64,000 nt of DNA from Macrostomum lignano (GCA_002269645.1 NIVC01001508.1:62001-126000), one strand, 5' to 3'. Numbered from the stretch's first letter, positions 12,929 to 27,700 are shown. Numbers and translations are program-made. The notes: generated from the letters alone by a model not told the origin.

Positions 12929-13404
12929 ACAGTCAGGACCTCTGTGCACCCTGAGTGAGCGGTGTCTGGGTGCTCAGGAGTAGGGATGGCAAATCCCGGC
13001 TGTTCTACGATCCCGGGATCCCGGACGAAGCAATGACCCAATCCCGGGATCCCGGACCCAATCCCGGGATTGACATTTTAAATATTTTTGCCGATAGAAA
13101 GCCAGAAAACCCGCTTTTTTAAACGTTTTTTTAAAAGTAATAACTTTTCTATTTGATTTTACTAACAAACCGAGAACACATTTCAAATGTGTAATACATT
13201 TCATATTTCTCGACTTGACAGCATTACCGAGTATCTATTATCTAATATATAATGGTTTCTTTTCTTGTTTTGTTATTTTCTACACTTGTAACTTACGAGA
13301 TCGTAATCGTAATACATGCATGCAAAATTATCTCCCAGTCATTTTTCAATGTTTTTATGTACATAACACAAACTGATTTGAGTCACCTTAGTCTGCATTC
13401 GTCT

Positions 13405-14130
13405 CTATCTTTGTTCTCTATCCAATTCTATCTTGACTTTCTATCCAATTCTATCTTGATTCTCTATCCAATTCTATCTTGATTCTCTATCCAATTCTAT
13501 CTTGATTCTCTATCCAATTCTATCTTGATTCTCTATCCAATTCTATCTTGATTCTCTATCCGATTCTATCTTGACTCACTATCCGATTCTATCTTGACTC
13601 ACTATCCGATTCTATCTTGACTCTCTATCCGATTCTATCTTGACTCTCTATCCGATTCTATCTTGACTCTCTATCCGATTCTATCTTGATTTTCTATCCA
13701 AATCTATCTTGATTCTCTATCCGATTCTATCTTGATTCTCTATCCGATTCTATCTTGATTCTCTATCCGATTCTATCTTGACTCTCTATCCGATTCTATC
13801 TTGACTCTCTATCCGATTCTATCTTGACTCTCTATCCGATTCTATCTTGACTCTCTATCCGATTCTATCTTGACTCTCTATCCGATTCTATCTTGACTCT
13901 CTATCCGATTCTATCTTGACTCTCTATCCGATTCTATCTTGATTTTCTATCCAAATCTATCTTGACTCACTATCCGATTCTATCTTGACTCACTATCCGA
14001 TTCTATCTTGACTCATTATCCGATTCTATCTTGACTCTCTATCCAATTCTATCTTGACTCACTATCCAATTCTATCTTGACTCACTATCTGATTCTATCT
14101 TGATTGTCAATGCAATTCTATCTTGGTTCT
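13405..14130 (+). repeat. 23-bp minisatellite
   Basis: Unit ATTCTATCTTGACTCTCTATCCG. Confidence 0.95.
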
Positions 14131-14946
14131 CTATAATTAATTTAATTTTTCATATTGTTGGCTGTATCCATGGTAGGCCATGTTGCCAGCCAAATTTAGC
14201 CAAAGGTAATTAGAGACGGGCTTTGAAGTGTCTTCCAGTGAAGCCACTCTTCTTTACTTTTTCCTTTTTCCTGCCAGACTCTTCCAATAGAGCTTTTTCT
14301 CAGACTTTGCGGGTTTGCAGCTCAGTCTGCAGCCGTAGACTCAACCTCACAGTTATTTTTAGCCCAAGGGTAGAGCAGCGACCTTCTGCGCTAGCGACGT
14401 CACTCACCATGGATTGCTAGAACAGAAAATTCTGGATTGAGGAAACTGATCAATTCCTAAAATTTTAGTCTTAAAAATCTTCATTCAAAGTCTTGTAATT
14501 AGTTAGTTTTCAATAAAAAGGCTTTAAAGAGGCAGAGCGGCCCCATAGGGCTGTAATCTCGTGGCTTATTTCTCTGGGAGTTTTCCTCCCCAGATGGCTG
14601 TCCCCCTCGAACTCCCTGGTCCCGCGCAGCCGCCTCTCCAATCTCATTCTCTGTCTCTCTCCCTCCCGTTCTCTGCCAGCCCGCACCCTTTTCAGTTCAA
14701 CGCCCACAAAAAGAATACTCAGCTGGCATAAGCTGGGGGCGCGCGAACGCTATTGTGTAGTTTGCTTGGTTGCTAAGCAACCGTGAGAGCGCACACATTG
14801 GCGCACAGCTATAGTTATAGAGAGAGAGAGAGAGACAGACTGCTCATAAGAGCTTGCGATCCACTGCGACATCAGAGCAGAGAGCAGAGCTTACCTAGAA
14901 ACAGTGCGACTTAGCGGACTCAACCTAAAAATTAAATCTTGATTAT

Positions 14947-17900
14947 ATGGCTGGCCGAGTCAACCCCGCATTCATGCAGCAGCAGCAGCAGCAGCCGGAG
15001 AACTGGATGCCGAAACCCAGCGGCGGCAGCGACTGCCCACCCGGGCTCGAGTACCTGACCCAGCTCGACCAGGTGCTGGTCAAGCAGAAGAAGGAGTTCT
15101 TTGAAAGTGAGTAGGCATTAACCTGCATTAGTCTGGCGCCACCGAGCATTAATAAATCATGCAAAACGCAATACCTGTCATTCCCCTCTATTTGCAGTGG
15201 TGACTGGCTGGGAAACGAAGAACAAGTACGTGGTGAAGAACTCCATGGGCCAGCAGATCTACTATGCTAAGGAGCGTAAGTGTTCAAGCCAACCTTTTTT
15301 TGTTGTTGCCAGGGCTTTAGCTAGACCTCAGCTCTGACTCACCCGAGAATTTGATCCAGGTTGACCCAAGCACTCGACCTAGGTTGACCCAAGCACTCGA
15401 TCCAGGTTGACCCAAGCACTCGACCCAAGTTGACCCAAGCACTCGATCCAGGTTGACCCAAGCACTCGACCCAGGTTGACCTAAGCACTCGATCCAGGTT
15501 GACCCAAGCACTCGACCCAGGTTGACCCAAGCACTCGATCCAGGTTGACCTAAGCACTCGATCCAGGTTGACCCAAGCACTCGATCCAGGTTGACCTAAG
15601 CACTCGATCCAGGTTGACCCAAGCACTCGACCCAGGTTGACCCAAGCACTCGACCCAGGTTGACCCAAGCACTCGACCCAGGTTGATCCAAGCACTCGAT
15701 CCAGGTTGACCCAAGCACTCGATCCAGGTTGACCCAAGCACTCGACCCAAGTTGACCCAAGTACTCGACCCAGGTTGACCCAAGCACTCGACCCAGGTTG
15801 ACCCAAGCACTCGATCCAGGTTGACCCAAGCACTCGACCCAGGTTGACCCAAGCACTCGACCCAGGTTGACCCAAGCACTCGATCCAGGTTGACCCAAGC
15901 ACTCGACCCAAGTTAAACCAAGCACTCGACCCAGGTTGACCCAAGCACTCGACCCAGGTTGAGCCAAGCACTCGACCCAGCTTGACCGAAGCACTCGACC
16001 CAGGTTGACCCAAGCACTCGATCCAGGTTGACCCAAGCACTCGACCCAAGTTAAACCAAGCACTCGACCCAGGTTGACCCAAGCACTCGACCAAGTTGAC
16101 CCAAGCGCTCCACCAAAGTTAACTAAGCGTGGCTCCCCACCGCGCCGCAGACTCTGACAATTGCCAGCGCCAGTGCTGCGGCAACCAGCGCGCATTCGAG
16201 ATGACAGTGGAGGACAACACGGGCCAGGAGGTGATCCACATCAGCCGGCCCTACAAGTGCATGTGCTACGGCCAGTGCTTCTCCTGCTCGAAGTGTTGTT
16301 TCGACACGGTCACCGTGGAGGCCCCGCCCGGCCGCGTGGCCGGCAAGGTGAAGCAGATCTACGGCTGCTGCGAGGCCAAGTACAAAATCGAGGACAAAGA
16401 TGGCGACACCGTGCTGTACATTGACGGACCGAGCTACTGCAAGTGCTACTGCCCCGGGGATGACATCCCGTTCAAGGTGAGTCAGGGTGATTCGTTCGGG
16501 CTCATGGGTCAGAATTCTGGTTGGTGGGTCAGGATTTTAATTGTTGGGTCAGGATTCTAATTGGTGGGTCGGGATTCTAATCGGTGGGTCAGGATTCAAA
16601 TTGGTGGGTCAGGATTCTAATTAGTGGGTCAGGATTCTAATTGGTTGGTCAGGAGTCTAATTGGTGGGTCAGGAGTATAATTGGTGGGTCAGGAGTATAA
16701 TTGGTGGGTCAGGATTCTAATCGGTGGGGCAGGATTCAAATTAGTGGCTCAGGATTCTAATCGGTGGGGCAGGATTCAAATTAGTGGCTCAGGATTCTAA
16801 TAGGTGGCTCAGGATTCAAATTAGTGGCTCAGGATTCTAATCGGTGGGTCAAGATTCAAATTAGTGGGTCAGGATTCTAATTGGTTGGTCAGGAGTCTAA
16901 TTGGTGGGTGAGGAGTCTAATTGGTGGGTCAGGATTCTAATCGGTGGGTCAGGATTCAAATTGGTGGGTCAGGAGTCTAATTGGTGGGTCAGGATTCAAA
17001 TTGGTGGGTCAGGATTCTAATTGGTTGGTCAGGAGTCTAATTGGTGGGTGAGGAGTCTAATTGGTGGGTCAGGATTCTAATCGGTGGGTCAGGATTCAAA
17101 TTGGTGGGTCAGGAGTCTAATTGGTGGGTCAGGATTCAAATTGGTGGGTCAGGATTCAAATTGGTGGGTCAGGATTCAAATTGGTGGGTCAGGAGTCTAA
17201 TTGGTGGGTCAGGATTCTAATCGGTGGGTCAGGATTCAAATTGGTGGGTCAGGATTCTGGTTTGTGGGTCAGGATTATAGCTCGTGTGCCGGTGCATGGT
17301 AGGTGAAGACTAGAGCAGGTGGGTCAATCAATGATAAGTTATAATATTAAACAGGCAATAAAACTTACTCGCATCTCAAACAGCTGGTGACAAAGGACAG
17401 GGAGCACGAGATCGGTCGCGTGTCCAAGCAGTGGTCCAACCTGCTGCAGGAGTACTTCACGGATGCGGACAACTTCGGTATCACATTCCCAAAGGATCTG
17501 CACCTGGATGCCAAGGCCACCATCATCGGAGCCTGCTTCCTGATTGTGAGTCTGAGCTTTGAGAGTGCAAAATGCCTTAGCGATATTTAAAGTGATTAAG
17601 TTTCTTTTAGCACCAAATTTCCAATTTCTCAACTTCCTGACTTCTCATGTTAAAATGAAGCAATTGCGTGTTTTCTCCGGGGTGCTGCACGCACAAGTTT
17701 GTTGTGAGAATGTTGGAAAAAGTATTTCTGGAGAGCAACAATGCTTGGGTCAACGTGGGTCGAGTGCTTGAGTCAACTTGGGTCGAGTGCTTGGGTAAAC
17801 TTGGGTCGAGTGCTTCGGTCAACCTGGGTCGAGTGCTTAGGTCAACTTGGGTCGAGTGCTTGGGTTAACCTGGGTCGAGTGCTTGGCTCAACCTGGGTCG

Positions 17901-18339
17901 AGTGCTTGGGTCAACCTGGGTCGAGTGCTTGGCTCAACCTGGGTCGAGTGCTTCGGTCAAGCTGGGTCGAGTTCATGGGTCAACCTGGGTCGAGTGCTTG
18001 GGTCAACCTGGGTCGAGTGCTTGGGTCAACCTGGGTCGAGTGCTTGGGTCAATCTGGGTCGAGTGCTTGAATCAACTTGGGTCGAGTGCTTGGGTCAACT
18101 TGGGTCGAGTGCTTGGGTCAACTTGGGTCGAGTGCTTGAATCAACTTGGGTCGAGTGCTTGCGTCAACTTGGGTCGAGTGCTTGGGTCAAGCTGGGTCGA
18201 GTGCTTGGGACAACCTGGGTCGAGTGCTTGAGTCAACCTTTAGTGTACGATAACTGACAGCTACAACAACTCGCCGTTCACACCCATTGCCCAGGACTTC
18301 ATGTTCTTCGAGCGGTCGGGCAACAACAGGCGGCACTGA
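14947..18339 (+). CDS. PLSCR: Phospholipid scramblase (PLSCR family); exons 14947-15106, 15198-15275, 16151-16476, 17384-17545, 18295-18339
   Basis: Motifs CPPGLEYLTQLDQVLVKQ, GWETKNKYVVKNSMGQQIYYAKE, RQCCGNQRAFEM, IGRVSKQWSNLLQEYFTDADNFGITFPKDLHLDAKATIIGACFLI|DFMFFE. Splice sites are canonical and phases are consistent. Confidence 0.92.
15350..16110 (+). repeat. 23-bp minisatellite in scramblase intron 2
   Basis: Unit CGACCCAGGTTGACCCAAGCACT. Confidence 0.95.
16505..17275 (+). repeat. 20-bp minisatellite in scramblase intron 3
   Basis: Unit TTGGTGGGTCAGGATTCTAA. Confidence 0.95.
17745..18240 (-). repeat. 23-bp minisatellite in scramblase intron 4, inverted relative to intron 2
   Basis: Unit AGTGCTTGGGTCAACCTGGGTCG is the exact reverse complement of the intron 2 unit. 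Confidence 0.95.
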
Positions 18340-18774
18340 TTCCTTGAGCAACTGAAATTTGACTGCTCAAAACACCTTACACCTAATTCTTTAAAGCTCA
18401 GATTTGTCTTATTGAACTGTCCTATTTATCAGCAATGCACTGTTATAATTGTTATTTTTTCGACTTTTTGCGGAAATAAAAAGAAGCGGCTACAAAAATT
18501 TTTCGAGCAAATCGAACTTTTTTATTGGCTTTTTCAGTGTTCAGCTGATTGGTTTTTTCCTAACTACCAGCGTAATTTTTTAGTTCGATAATTTCACTGA
18601 AAGCTGCAGACCCTGAATTTTGTGAATGTGTTTATAATTATAACAACAATATGAATACTTAATAGTAGTAGTAGTAATAACAATAATAACTTTAATAATA
18701 ACCTCATGAGGCTGAGGGCACCCCGGCGCAACGCCATCTCGGCTACGGCGTCACCCTGAGGTCGTCACCCTGCT

Positions 18775-18925
18775 AGACATGCTGTTGTCTCCCTGTTAGA
18801 CATGCTGTTGTCACCCTGTTAGACATGCTGTTGTCACCCTGTTAGACATGCTGTTGTCACCCTGTTAGACATGCTGTTGTCACCCTGTTAGACATGCTGT
18901 CACCCTGTTAGACATGCTGTCTAAC
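18775..18925 (+). repeat. 22-bp minisatellite
   Basis: Unit of the form TGTTAGACATGCTGTTGTCACCC. Confidence 0.85.
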
Positions 18926-19183
18926 ATCTAAGACACACGTCTACAACGCTAACTCCAGCTGGATGCAATTTCAGCTACTTCAAGTAGTCGGTCATGACGC
19001 CAAGTAGAATAGACGATTATTGATGAGAGAACAGAGGAGACGCGAGAGATGGAATGCGGGTTCACCGTCCGCCGATAAAAATCCGATTTTTCGGATTTCT
19101 CGACAACTATGCCGTTCCTTACCTACCTTCAGCTGGTTTCTAAGAAAATCCAGTTTTGCGTGCTTCCACTTCAGTCGTGTGTT

Positions 19184-19232
<49 letters not shown>

Positions 19233-19667
19233 CTAAGTCCATAAAACAGGTTGGGGTTCAACTGTCTCGTGTTAGCAAAAATGCCAGCTAAAAATAAACA
19301 TACTGTTGACGGCGTGCGCAATTTGCTGCTGAAAATAAAATGAGACTTGAATAAGCAGAAAGAGATTAATTCAATGCTTTGGATACTTGACCGTTTGATG
19401 AGAATAATAAACCTTGAAGAGGCTGCAACGGCTGACAGACAGTGAGCGTTTTTTGGGCTGAATAAAGCTATTTTTAAATTCATTTTTAGTTCGCGCTGCA
19501 CCCCACTGGGCTTCGGCTTGGTAGAAAAGCGACAACTGCAGCTCTAATTGCATCTCCTTTCCTGCCATTCGTTTTGCAGCTGCACCGCTAGGGAAAGACT
19601 ATGAAGAGTCTGGCTGCTTCATCGGAATAGATGAAGCAGTTTTTTCATAGCTCGTAGTCATGGGCGT

Positions 19668-20105
19668 AGCCACGGCGGCGGAGGGCCGCCGCCCCCCTCA
19701 CTCCAAAGAGCTGACAAAAATTATGGCGCTCCCTTCACGGCAGGCTTGTCGACCCTGTGCACAACTTGGTGCTGGCGCCCCTTGGTGCTGGCGCCCCTTG
19801 GTGCTGGCGCCCCTTGGTGCTGTGCGCCCCTTGGTGCTGGCGCCCCTTGGTGCTGTGCGCCCCTTGGTGCTGGCGCCCCTTGGTGCTGGCGCCCCTTGGT
19901 GCTGGCGCCCCTTGGTGCTGGCGCCCCTTGGTGCTGGCGCTCCTAAGGTGGCGCTCCTAAGGTGGCGCTCCTAAGATGGCGCTCTAAGATGGCGCTCCTA
20001 AAGTGGCGCTCTTAAGGTGGCGCTCCTAAGGTGGCGCTCTAAGATGGCGCCTCTGAGGTGGCGCTCCTAAGGTGGCGCTCTAAGATGGCGCCTCTGAGGT
20101 GGCGC
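19668..20105 (+). repeat. GC hairpin followed by 16-bp GGCGCC tandem repeats (MITE-like)
   Basis: GGCGGCGG-AGGG-CCGCCGCC hairpin, then GGTGCTGGCGCCCCTT units and GGTGGCGCTCCTAA units. Confidence 0.7.
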
Positions 20106-20704
20106 GTCCTTTGTTTCGAGTAGGCTTAAGTAATTTATCTAGCTCTGCTTTTCCATTCAGTTGCAGTTGCAATCTAATTATAAGAAACACTATTTTTAAA
20201 ATTTTGCCTCTCAATCGAATTCAAAGTGTCATCTGGGCTGCACTTCTAACCAATGCCGAATAAACTAAACTCCTACAGACTCTGGCTGTGTGCTGCTGCA
20301 GATATTTGCATGCTGAGCGTTGGCATAGCAACCAGGTTTGTAGCATATATATGCTCAGACTCAGGTCCTTGTTCTGGTCGCAGATGAAGCAGTCTCAGCC
20401 AAGTAGCACTTCTTAACTTGCTACACAATCTGCAGGCCATGTCTGTTCGGCCGGCACTCGTGCAGCACCTTCAGGAGGAGCAGGAGAAGCAGCCGGTGGT
20501 CTGGATGCCGAAACCCAGCGCCGGCAGTACCTGCTGCCGCTTGATCAGGCGATGCTAAACCATAAAATCGATTACCTGGAAACTCTGACAATGGGTGGAG
20601 CAAACAAAAAAATACGTGAACAAGAACCCAGCGGGCCAACAGATCTGCACTGCTAAAGAGCGTAAGTACTTGCTCGTGCTCTGCACTACTAGTCTCCTAC
20701 AAGA

Positions 20705-21035
20705 GGGAGACCTATTTACCTATCTTGACCCATTGACTCACTTTAACCAATTGACTCACCTTGATCCATTGACCCATCTTGACCCGTTAACTGAATTTGA
20801 CCCGATCAACCAACCCACTTTGACCCACTGACCCATCTCGACCCATTGACTCACCGTGACCCATTGATCCATCTTGACTGATTGACTAAATTTAACCCAT
20901 TGACTCACTTTGACTCGATCGACCCATCGACGTATTTCGATTCATGGACCCGAATTGACTCAAATTGACCCACATTGACCCTTATTGACCCACATTGACC
21001 TACATTGATCTTCATTGAACCACCTTGACCCAAGA
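20705..21035 (+). repeat. Degenerate TTGACCC minisatellite in scramblase-pseudogene intron
   Basis: Repeated TTGACCCATTGACTCAC-like units. Confidence 0.8.
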
Positions 21036-21454
21036 CATCTCACCGACGCGTTGCAGACTCTGAAGACTACGAGCGCATGTACTGCGGCAACCAGCGAGCA
21101 TTCGACATGTCCGTGGAAGACTGCAATGGTCAGGAGGTGATCCACGTCAGCGGGCCCCACCGCTGCCAGTGCCACTGAAGTGCAGCGTCTACTGCAGTGC
21201 TGCTTCGACACGGTCACGGTGGAGGCCCCGCCCGGTCGCAAAGCCGGCAAGGTGCGGCAGATCCACAGCTGCTGCGTGGTGAAGTACGCCATCGAGGACA
21301 AAGATGGCGACACCGTACTGTACCTGACTGGGACTCGCTATTGCAACTGCCAATGCTCCGGGGATGAAATCCCGTTCTCGGTGAGTCAACATTGCTGGAT
21401 CAACATTCATAACTAAGTAGGTCAGTATTCTTAAATTGGTAAGCCAGTGATCAG

Positions 21455-22080
21455 ATCGGTGAGTCAGGGATCTGGTTGGTGGGTCAGGGATCTGGTTGGT
21501 GCGTCAGAGATCTGGTTGGTGGGTCAGGGATCTGGTTGGTGCGTCAGAGATCTGGTTGGTGGGTCAGGGATCTGGTTGGTGGGTCAGAGATCTTGTTGGT
21601 GGGTCAGGGATCTGGTTGGTGGGTCAGGGATCTGGTTGGTGGGTCAGGGATCTGGTTGGTGGGTCAGGGATCTGGTTGGTGGGTCAGGGATCTGGTTGGT
21701 GGGTCAGGGATCTGGTTGGTGGGTCAGAGATCTTGTTGGTGGGTCAGGGATCTGGTTGGTGGGTCAGGAATCTGGTTGGTGGGTCAGGGATCTGGTTGGT
21801 GGGTCAGGGATCTGGTTGGTGGGTCAGGGATCTGGTTGATGGGTCAGGGATCTGGTTGGTGGGTCAGAGATCTGGTTGGTGGGTCAGGGATCTGGTTGGT
21901 GGGTCAGGGATCTGGTTGGTGGGTCAGGGATCTGGTTGGTGGGTCAGGGATCTGGTTGGTGGGTCGGGGATCTGGTTGATGGGTCAGGATCTGGTTGATG
22001 GGTCAGGGATCTGGTTGATGGGTTAGAGATCTGGTTGGTGGGTCTTGGTGGGTCAGAGATCTGGCATGATGGGTCAGGAG
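21455..22080 (+). repeat. 20-bp minisatellite in scramblase-pseudogene intron
   Basis: Unit GGTGGGTCAGGGATCTGGTT. Confidence 0.95.
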
Positions 22081-22664
22081 GTCAAACAAGCAATGACTCG
22101 CTTTAAATGATGCAGGTGAAGTCGAAAGATGAGGACCAGGTGATCGGTTTCGTTGCTAAGAGGTGGACCAACCTGATGCAGAAGGATTTGCACTTGGACA
22201 CGAAGGCCACCATCATCGGGGCCTGCTTTTTCATTGTGAGTTTGAGCAATTTTCATCCTCAGAAGCTTGAGGATCCTCAGAAGCGATTCTTGAAAAATGA
22301 CTTGTTTTAATTTGAGAACATTAACAGAATATTATATATGCGTAAATTTGCAGGACTCCATGTACTTCGAGACGAACCGAGCCGTCTGTGTGTGCAACAC
22401 TTGCTAAAGAGAAGCCATTGAATGGACTGACTGCCAAGGATTTCTGGTCACTACTATATTTAATAATTAATCTTTTTATTAATGCTCGTACATGTTTAAC
22501 TAAACAACAATAGAAGATACGTGTATACGCCTTCATTTATTTAGTTTAAGTTTGATATCAGCTCTTGATTAATAAATTAAAACTGCGTTTGACACCTCAA
22601 CTAATTAAAGCATGTGTGTTCTGCTTTATTGCTTACTAAGCAATCTTGATCCTATACTTAACTC

Positions 22665-23365
22665 GTGATCCTGACTCAGTACCGACCCATTCCTGACTCA
22701 ATCCCGACCCATTCCTGACTCAATCCCGACCCATTCCTGACTCAGTATCGACCCATTCCTGACTCAGTACCGACCCATTCCTGACTCGGTACCGACCCAT
22801 TCTTGACTCAGTCCTGACCCATTCCTGACTCAGTATCGACCCATTCCTGACTCAGTCCTGACCCATTCCTGACTCAGTCCCGACCCATTCCTAACCCAGT
22901 CCTGACCCATTCCTGACTCAGTCTTGACTCATTCCTAACCCAGTCCCGATCCATTCCTGACTCAGTCCTGACCCAGTCCCGACCCATTCCTGACTTAGTC
23001 CCGACCCATTCCTGACTCAGTCCCGACCCATTCCTGACTCAGTCCCGACCCATTCCTAACAATGCAGTCCCGACCCATTCCTGACTCAGTCCCGACCCAT
23101 TCCTAACCCAGTCCCGACCCATTCCTGACTCAGTTTTGACCCATTCCTGACTCAGTCCTGACCCATTCCTGACCCAGTCCCGACCCATTCCTAAACCAGT
23201 TCTGACCCATTCCTGACTTAGTCCCGACCCATTCCTGACTCAGTCCTGACCCATTTTTTGACCCAGTCCCGACCTATTCCTGACTCAGTGCCGACCCATT
23301 CCTGATTCAGTTCCGGGCCATTCCTGACTCACTCCCGACCCAAAACCTTACTAACTCCCGACCCA
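22665..23365 (+). repeat. 22-bp minisatellite
   Basis: Unit CCCGACCCATTCCTGACTCAGT. Confidence 0.93.
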
Positions 23366-23395
23366 CTCCTGGCCCACTCCCCACCTACCCCCGTC

Positions 23396-24798
<1,403 letters not shown>

Positions 24799-27700
24799 GG
24801 TGGCCAGTTTATACCAATTAGTTGGATTTTGCTAGCTGGGATTTCTGCACAAATGCAGTGAGGAAAAAACAGGTGGTAGGGAACTCGCGGTTTTATTTAC
24901 TACAGAAAAAATTGCATCTGCCAGATGCTGGGCGACTTCCACAAGAAGCAAATATTTGACTGACAGATTTTTTTGTTTGAGCGATGCATCCTCGATGGAT
25001 GTGAGCAGATCCCCGGTGAGCAAGGTTTTGATAGGCAAATGGAAACTCAGCAAGCTTGGCAGGAATACGAGGAGGTTTACCATGCTTTTAGTTCCTGGAA
25101 TCGGACGAGCGTGTATTTCACATGCAAGCGCCCGGCGCTTCTGTAAACAGAGCTCAATTATCGCTAATTCCGATAGCTACCGTGTTTTTCATGAAAAATA
25201 GGGGTATCATAAATGTGAGCTCAAACTCGCAATAGAGGTGACAGCATGCATGGTTACTGCACTCAGAGAAGGCATGAGCAGGGTTTCTTTGCAGAACTGT
25301 GGATCATTTGCAGAATCGTTGGATTGTGTAACATGTACATGTGCATTCAATTTTTACATAAAATCGTGGAAAAATAAATGAAAATTTTAACCATGTACAT
25401 GGACTACAAAAAATATGCCATGTAGAAGTTACGTTATACACCATATTGTGGATGTAATGGGCCCTTGTGGGCTGCAAGCGGAGGCGGCGGAACGCGCGTG
25501 GCTGGAACTTGCCCGAAGAAGTTAAGTGGTGAGAAAAATATGCACCAATGGTTTGTGGTTTAAAATCTAATTAGAACCTGACGATTATATTACTATTACG
25601 AGCTAGTTAAGCTGTTTTAGGACGTTAATCTTCTGCGTAGATAATACGTAATTCGTAAAATCAGATACGTAGATTTAAAGCATTTTCACGCGACACTTTC
25701 AACGTGAAATCTACGTAAAATATCTACGTATATTCTACCAAAGTTTTGTTGATATTTAACGTAATTTTAACGTAAATTTTGCGTAACTTTTCCAGTTGGG
25801 AGGTGAGCAGCAGGACGTCCTGAACAGATAGGGGGCAGTCGTATAGCCCTTTGGCCCAGATCACGTGGCCCGCCGCCATCTAAAGAGATCTGCCTACAAG
25901 GTGGTGGAGGCGTCAACTCCTGGAGTTTCAAATGTATCTGATCCCCCATCCAACTCAGTCTCCGTGGTATCCAAAAAATCTAACTTCGCGTCACCCATAA
26001 AATGCCGACTATATTAAGGCTGGCTACAACACGGTGCGACGAGATCGGTCCTCTGGCTCAGAAGGTGGAGTGTTGGTACTCTTAGTTCATAACAACATCA
26101 AATACTGCAAATTACCGCCTAATCGGCTGGCACAAAAGGGTGACGTCTCGGGGGTTCCTTGGAATTGACATCACAAGTATTTGTCGTAACGACACGATTT
26201 GCACTGTTAATGGTATGTTCCACCGGTGAGCAGCTGCTCTGTGGGGTACTTGCCACCTGCAGGCGGCCTCTACATCGGGTGCTAGCGCTAGTTGTAGTTC
26301 GCACGTGACACCGTTATCGTGATGTACCAAATGCAACAATTTTAAACAAAATTGTTAACTTTTTATTAACTATTGCAGTCAAATATAAATGTTAAAAAGT
26401 CGTACATCCGTATGTATGCAAGATTTTTAGTTTTCTAAATTATCATGTGACACTTACCTTACTGTAGTTTTACACTGCGAGAAAAAATTATTACATTTGA
26501 TTTCTTTAGAATCCAGGAATTTATATTGTAATTAGGTACCTGTAACGTGGTATAAAGTCAAGTGGGTAATCAAGTTATTATTTCATTTTTTCTACGTGCG
26601 TCAAAACTTTTATCATTTGGAACAGACTAGCATAGCATAACTAGTCGGGTCTATAAACAACAGATTTGATGGAAAGTAGTATATTGTTTAAAAAATCTTA
26701 ATTATTTAATATTTTGTCGATTAGTCAATAGGCCTGATATGCTAGGTCTAATTTGAAAATACGCTAATGTACTTATAAGTTCTAAAGTCAGAGACTTCTG
26801 AACAAAAAAAACTGAGGAGTAGCAAGTCTGGGAGAGCAGAAGGGATTTATAGTCATGTTTTTTGGTAATGTTTTTATTTTAACTTCAAAATACAATTTTA
26901 CTTGTAATATTTGTAGCATTCATACATTATTTCAATATCATTAGACATTACATGAGAATTTATTGAGAGAATTTTTTCTATTGATTGGATCTATTTTCTT
27001 GGCTTAATAAGTCTACTTGTTCAATAATTTATCACAATTTTTATTAGATTTTTATAATATTTTATTAAATAGGTTTAAAAAAATAAATTTTATAAATTAA
27101 TTAATATATAAATAATATAGGCAGTTGGTCAAGTATGCTAGAGTAGAGAAAATAAAAAGATAAGCAATAATATACTTGTGTATTAGTGTAGTACAAAGCA
27201 TGGCATTATGGCAATGGCTACAGTTAGTGCCTAGTAGTTAGTGTCAACATATGATTTGAAGGTCAAAGGTTCAATTTCTAATCCCACATGAACAATTTGT
27301 ATCCTTGAGTAAGACACTTACCTCTGCATTTTTTTCAGTTTACCCAGCTGTAAAATGGGTGCTAGCATTAACTGGGATAATTGAGGCTGTTTGGCAACCT
27401 AGTAGTACATAGACTAAGCAGAGCTCTGTATATTACTGTCAGATGTGCCATGCAATAGCTGCAGCTAAGCTGTCAGTTGCACATCTAGCCCAATTGGGGC
27501 AGGTGTAATCAATTATTATTCATTATTACTAATGATAAATAAGGTTAAGGCTGCTATATATTCTGTATATGTTGATATACCATATACACAACAGTTGCAT
27601 ATATATTTGCATGTTTCTTGCCAGTTATGTGACAGTGCCAATTTAAAGTATGCCAGGGTGTGCACAATAATCTGCCTTTAACTGAACTTTGAGCTGCTAC

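Larger units (their letters stand above)
20439..22407 (+). pseudogene. Degenerate tandem paralog of the scramblase; exon remnants 20439-20661, 21057-21380, 22116-22235, 22354-22407
   Basis: Colinear with the upstream gene, but carries a 22-nt deletion in exon 1 (in-frame TAA at 20556), a further +1 frameshift, a 2-nt frameshift in exon 3 and a 42-nt deletion removing EYFTDADNFGITFP. Splice sites are retained. Confidence 0.85.

Noticed and set aside
12975-13075. TAGGGATG...CCCGGGAT palindromic cluster resembling a hAT MITE end
   Set aside because: The matching opposite terminus was not found, so the element cannot be delimited.
14330-14360. PHSYF* as a candidate missing eL6 last exon
   Set aside because: An in-frame TAG lies two codons upstream and there is no other eL6 similarity.
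14400-14412. Minus-strand ATG-GTGAGT as a start-codon-only first exon
   Set aside because: No downstream minus-strand exon could be linked to it.
25767-26339. Short minus-strand ORFs that might be transposase remnants
   Set aside because: No motif I can name; frames are short and broken.
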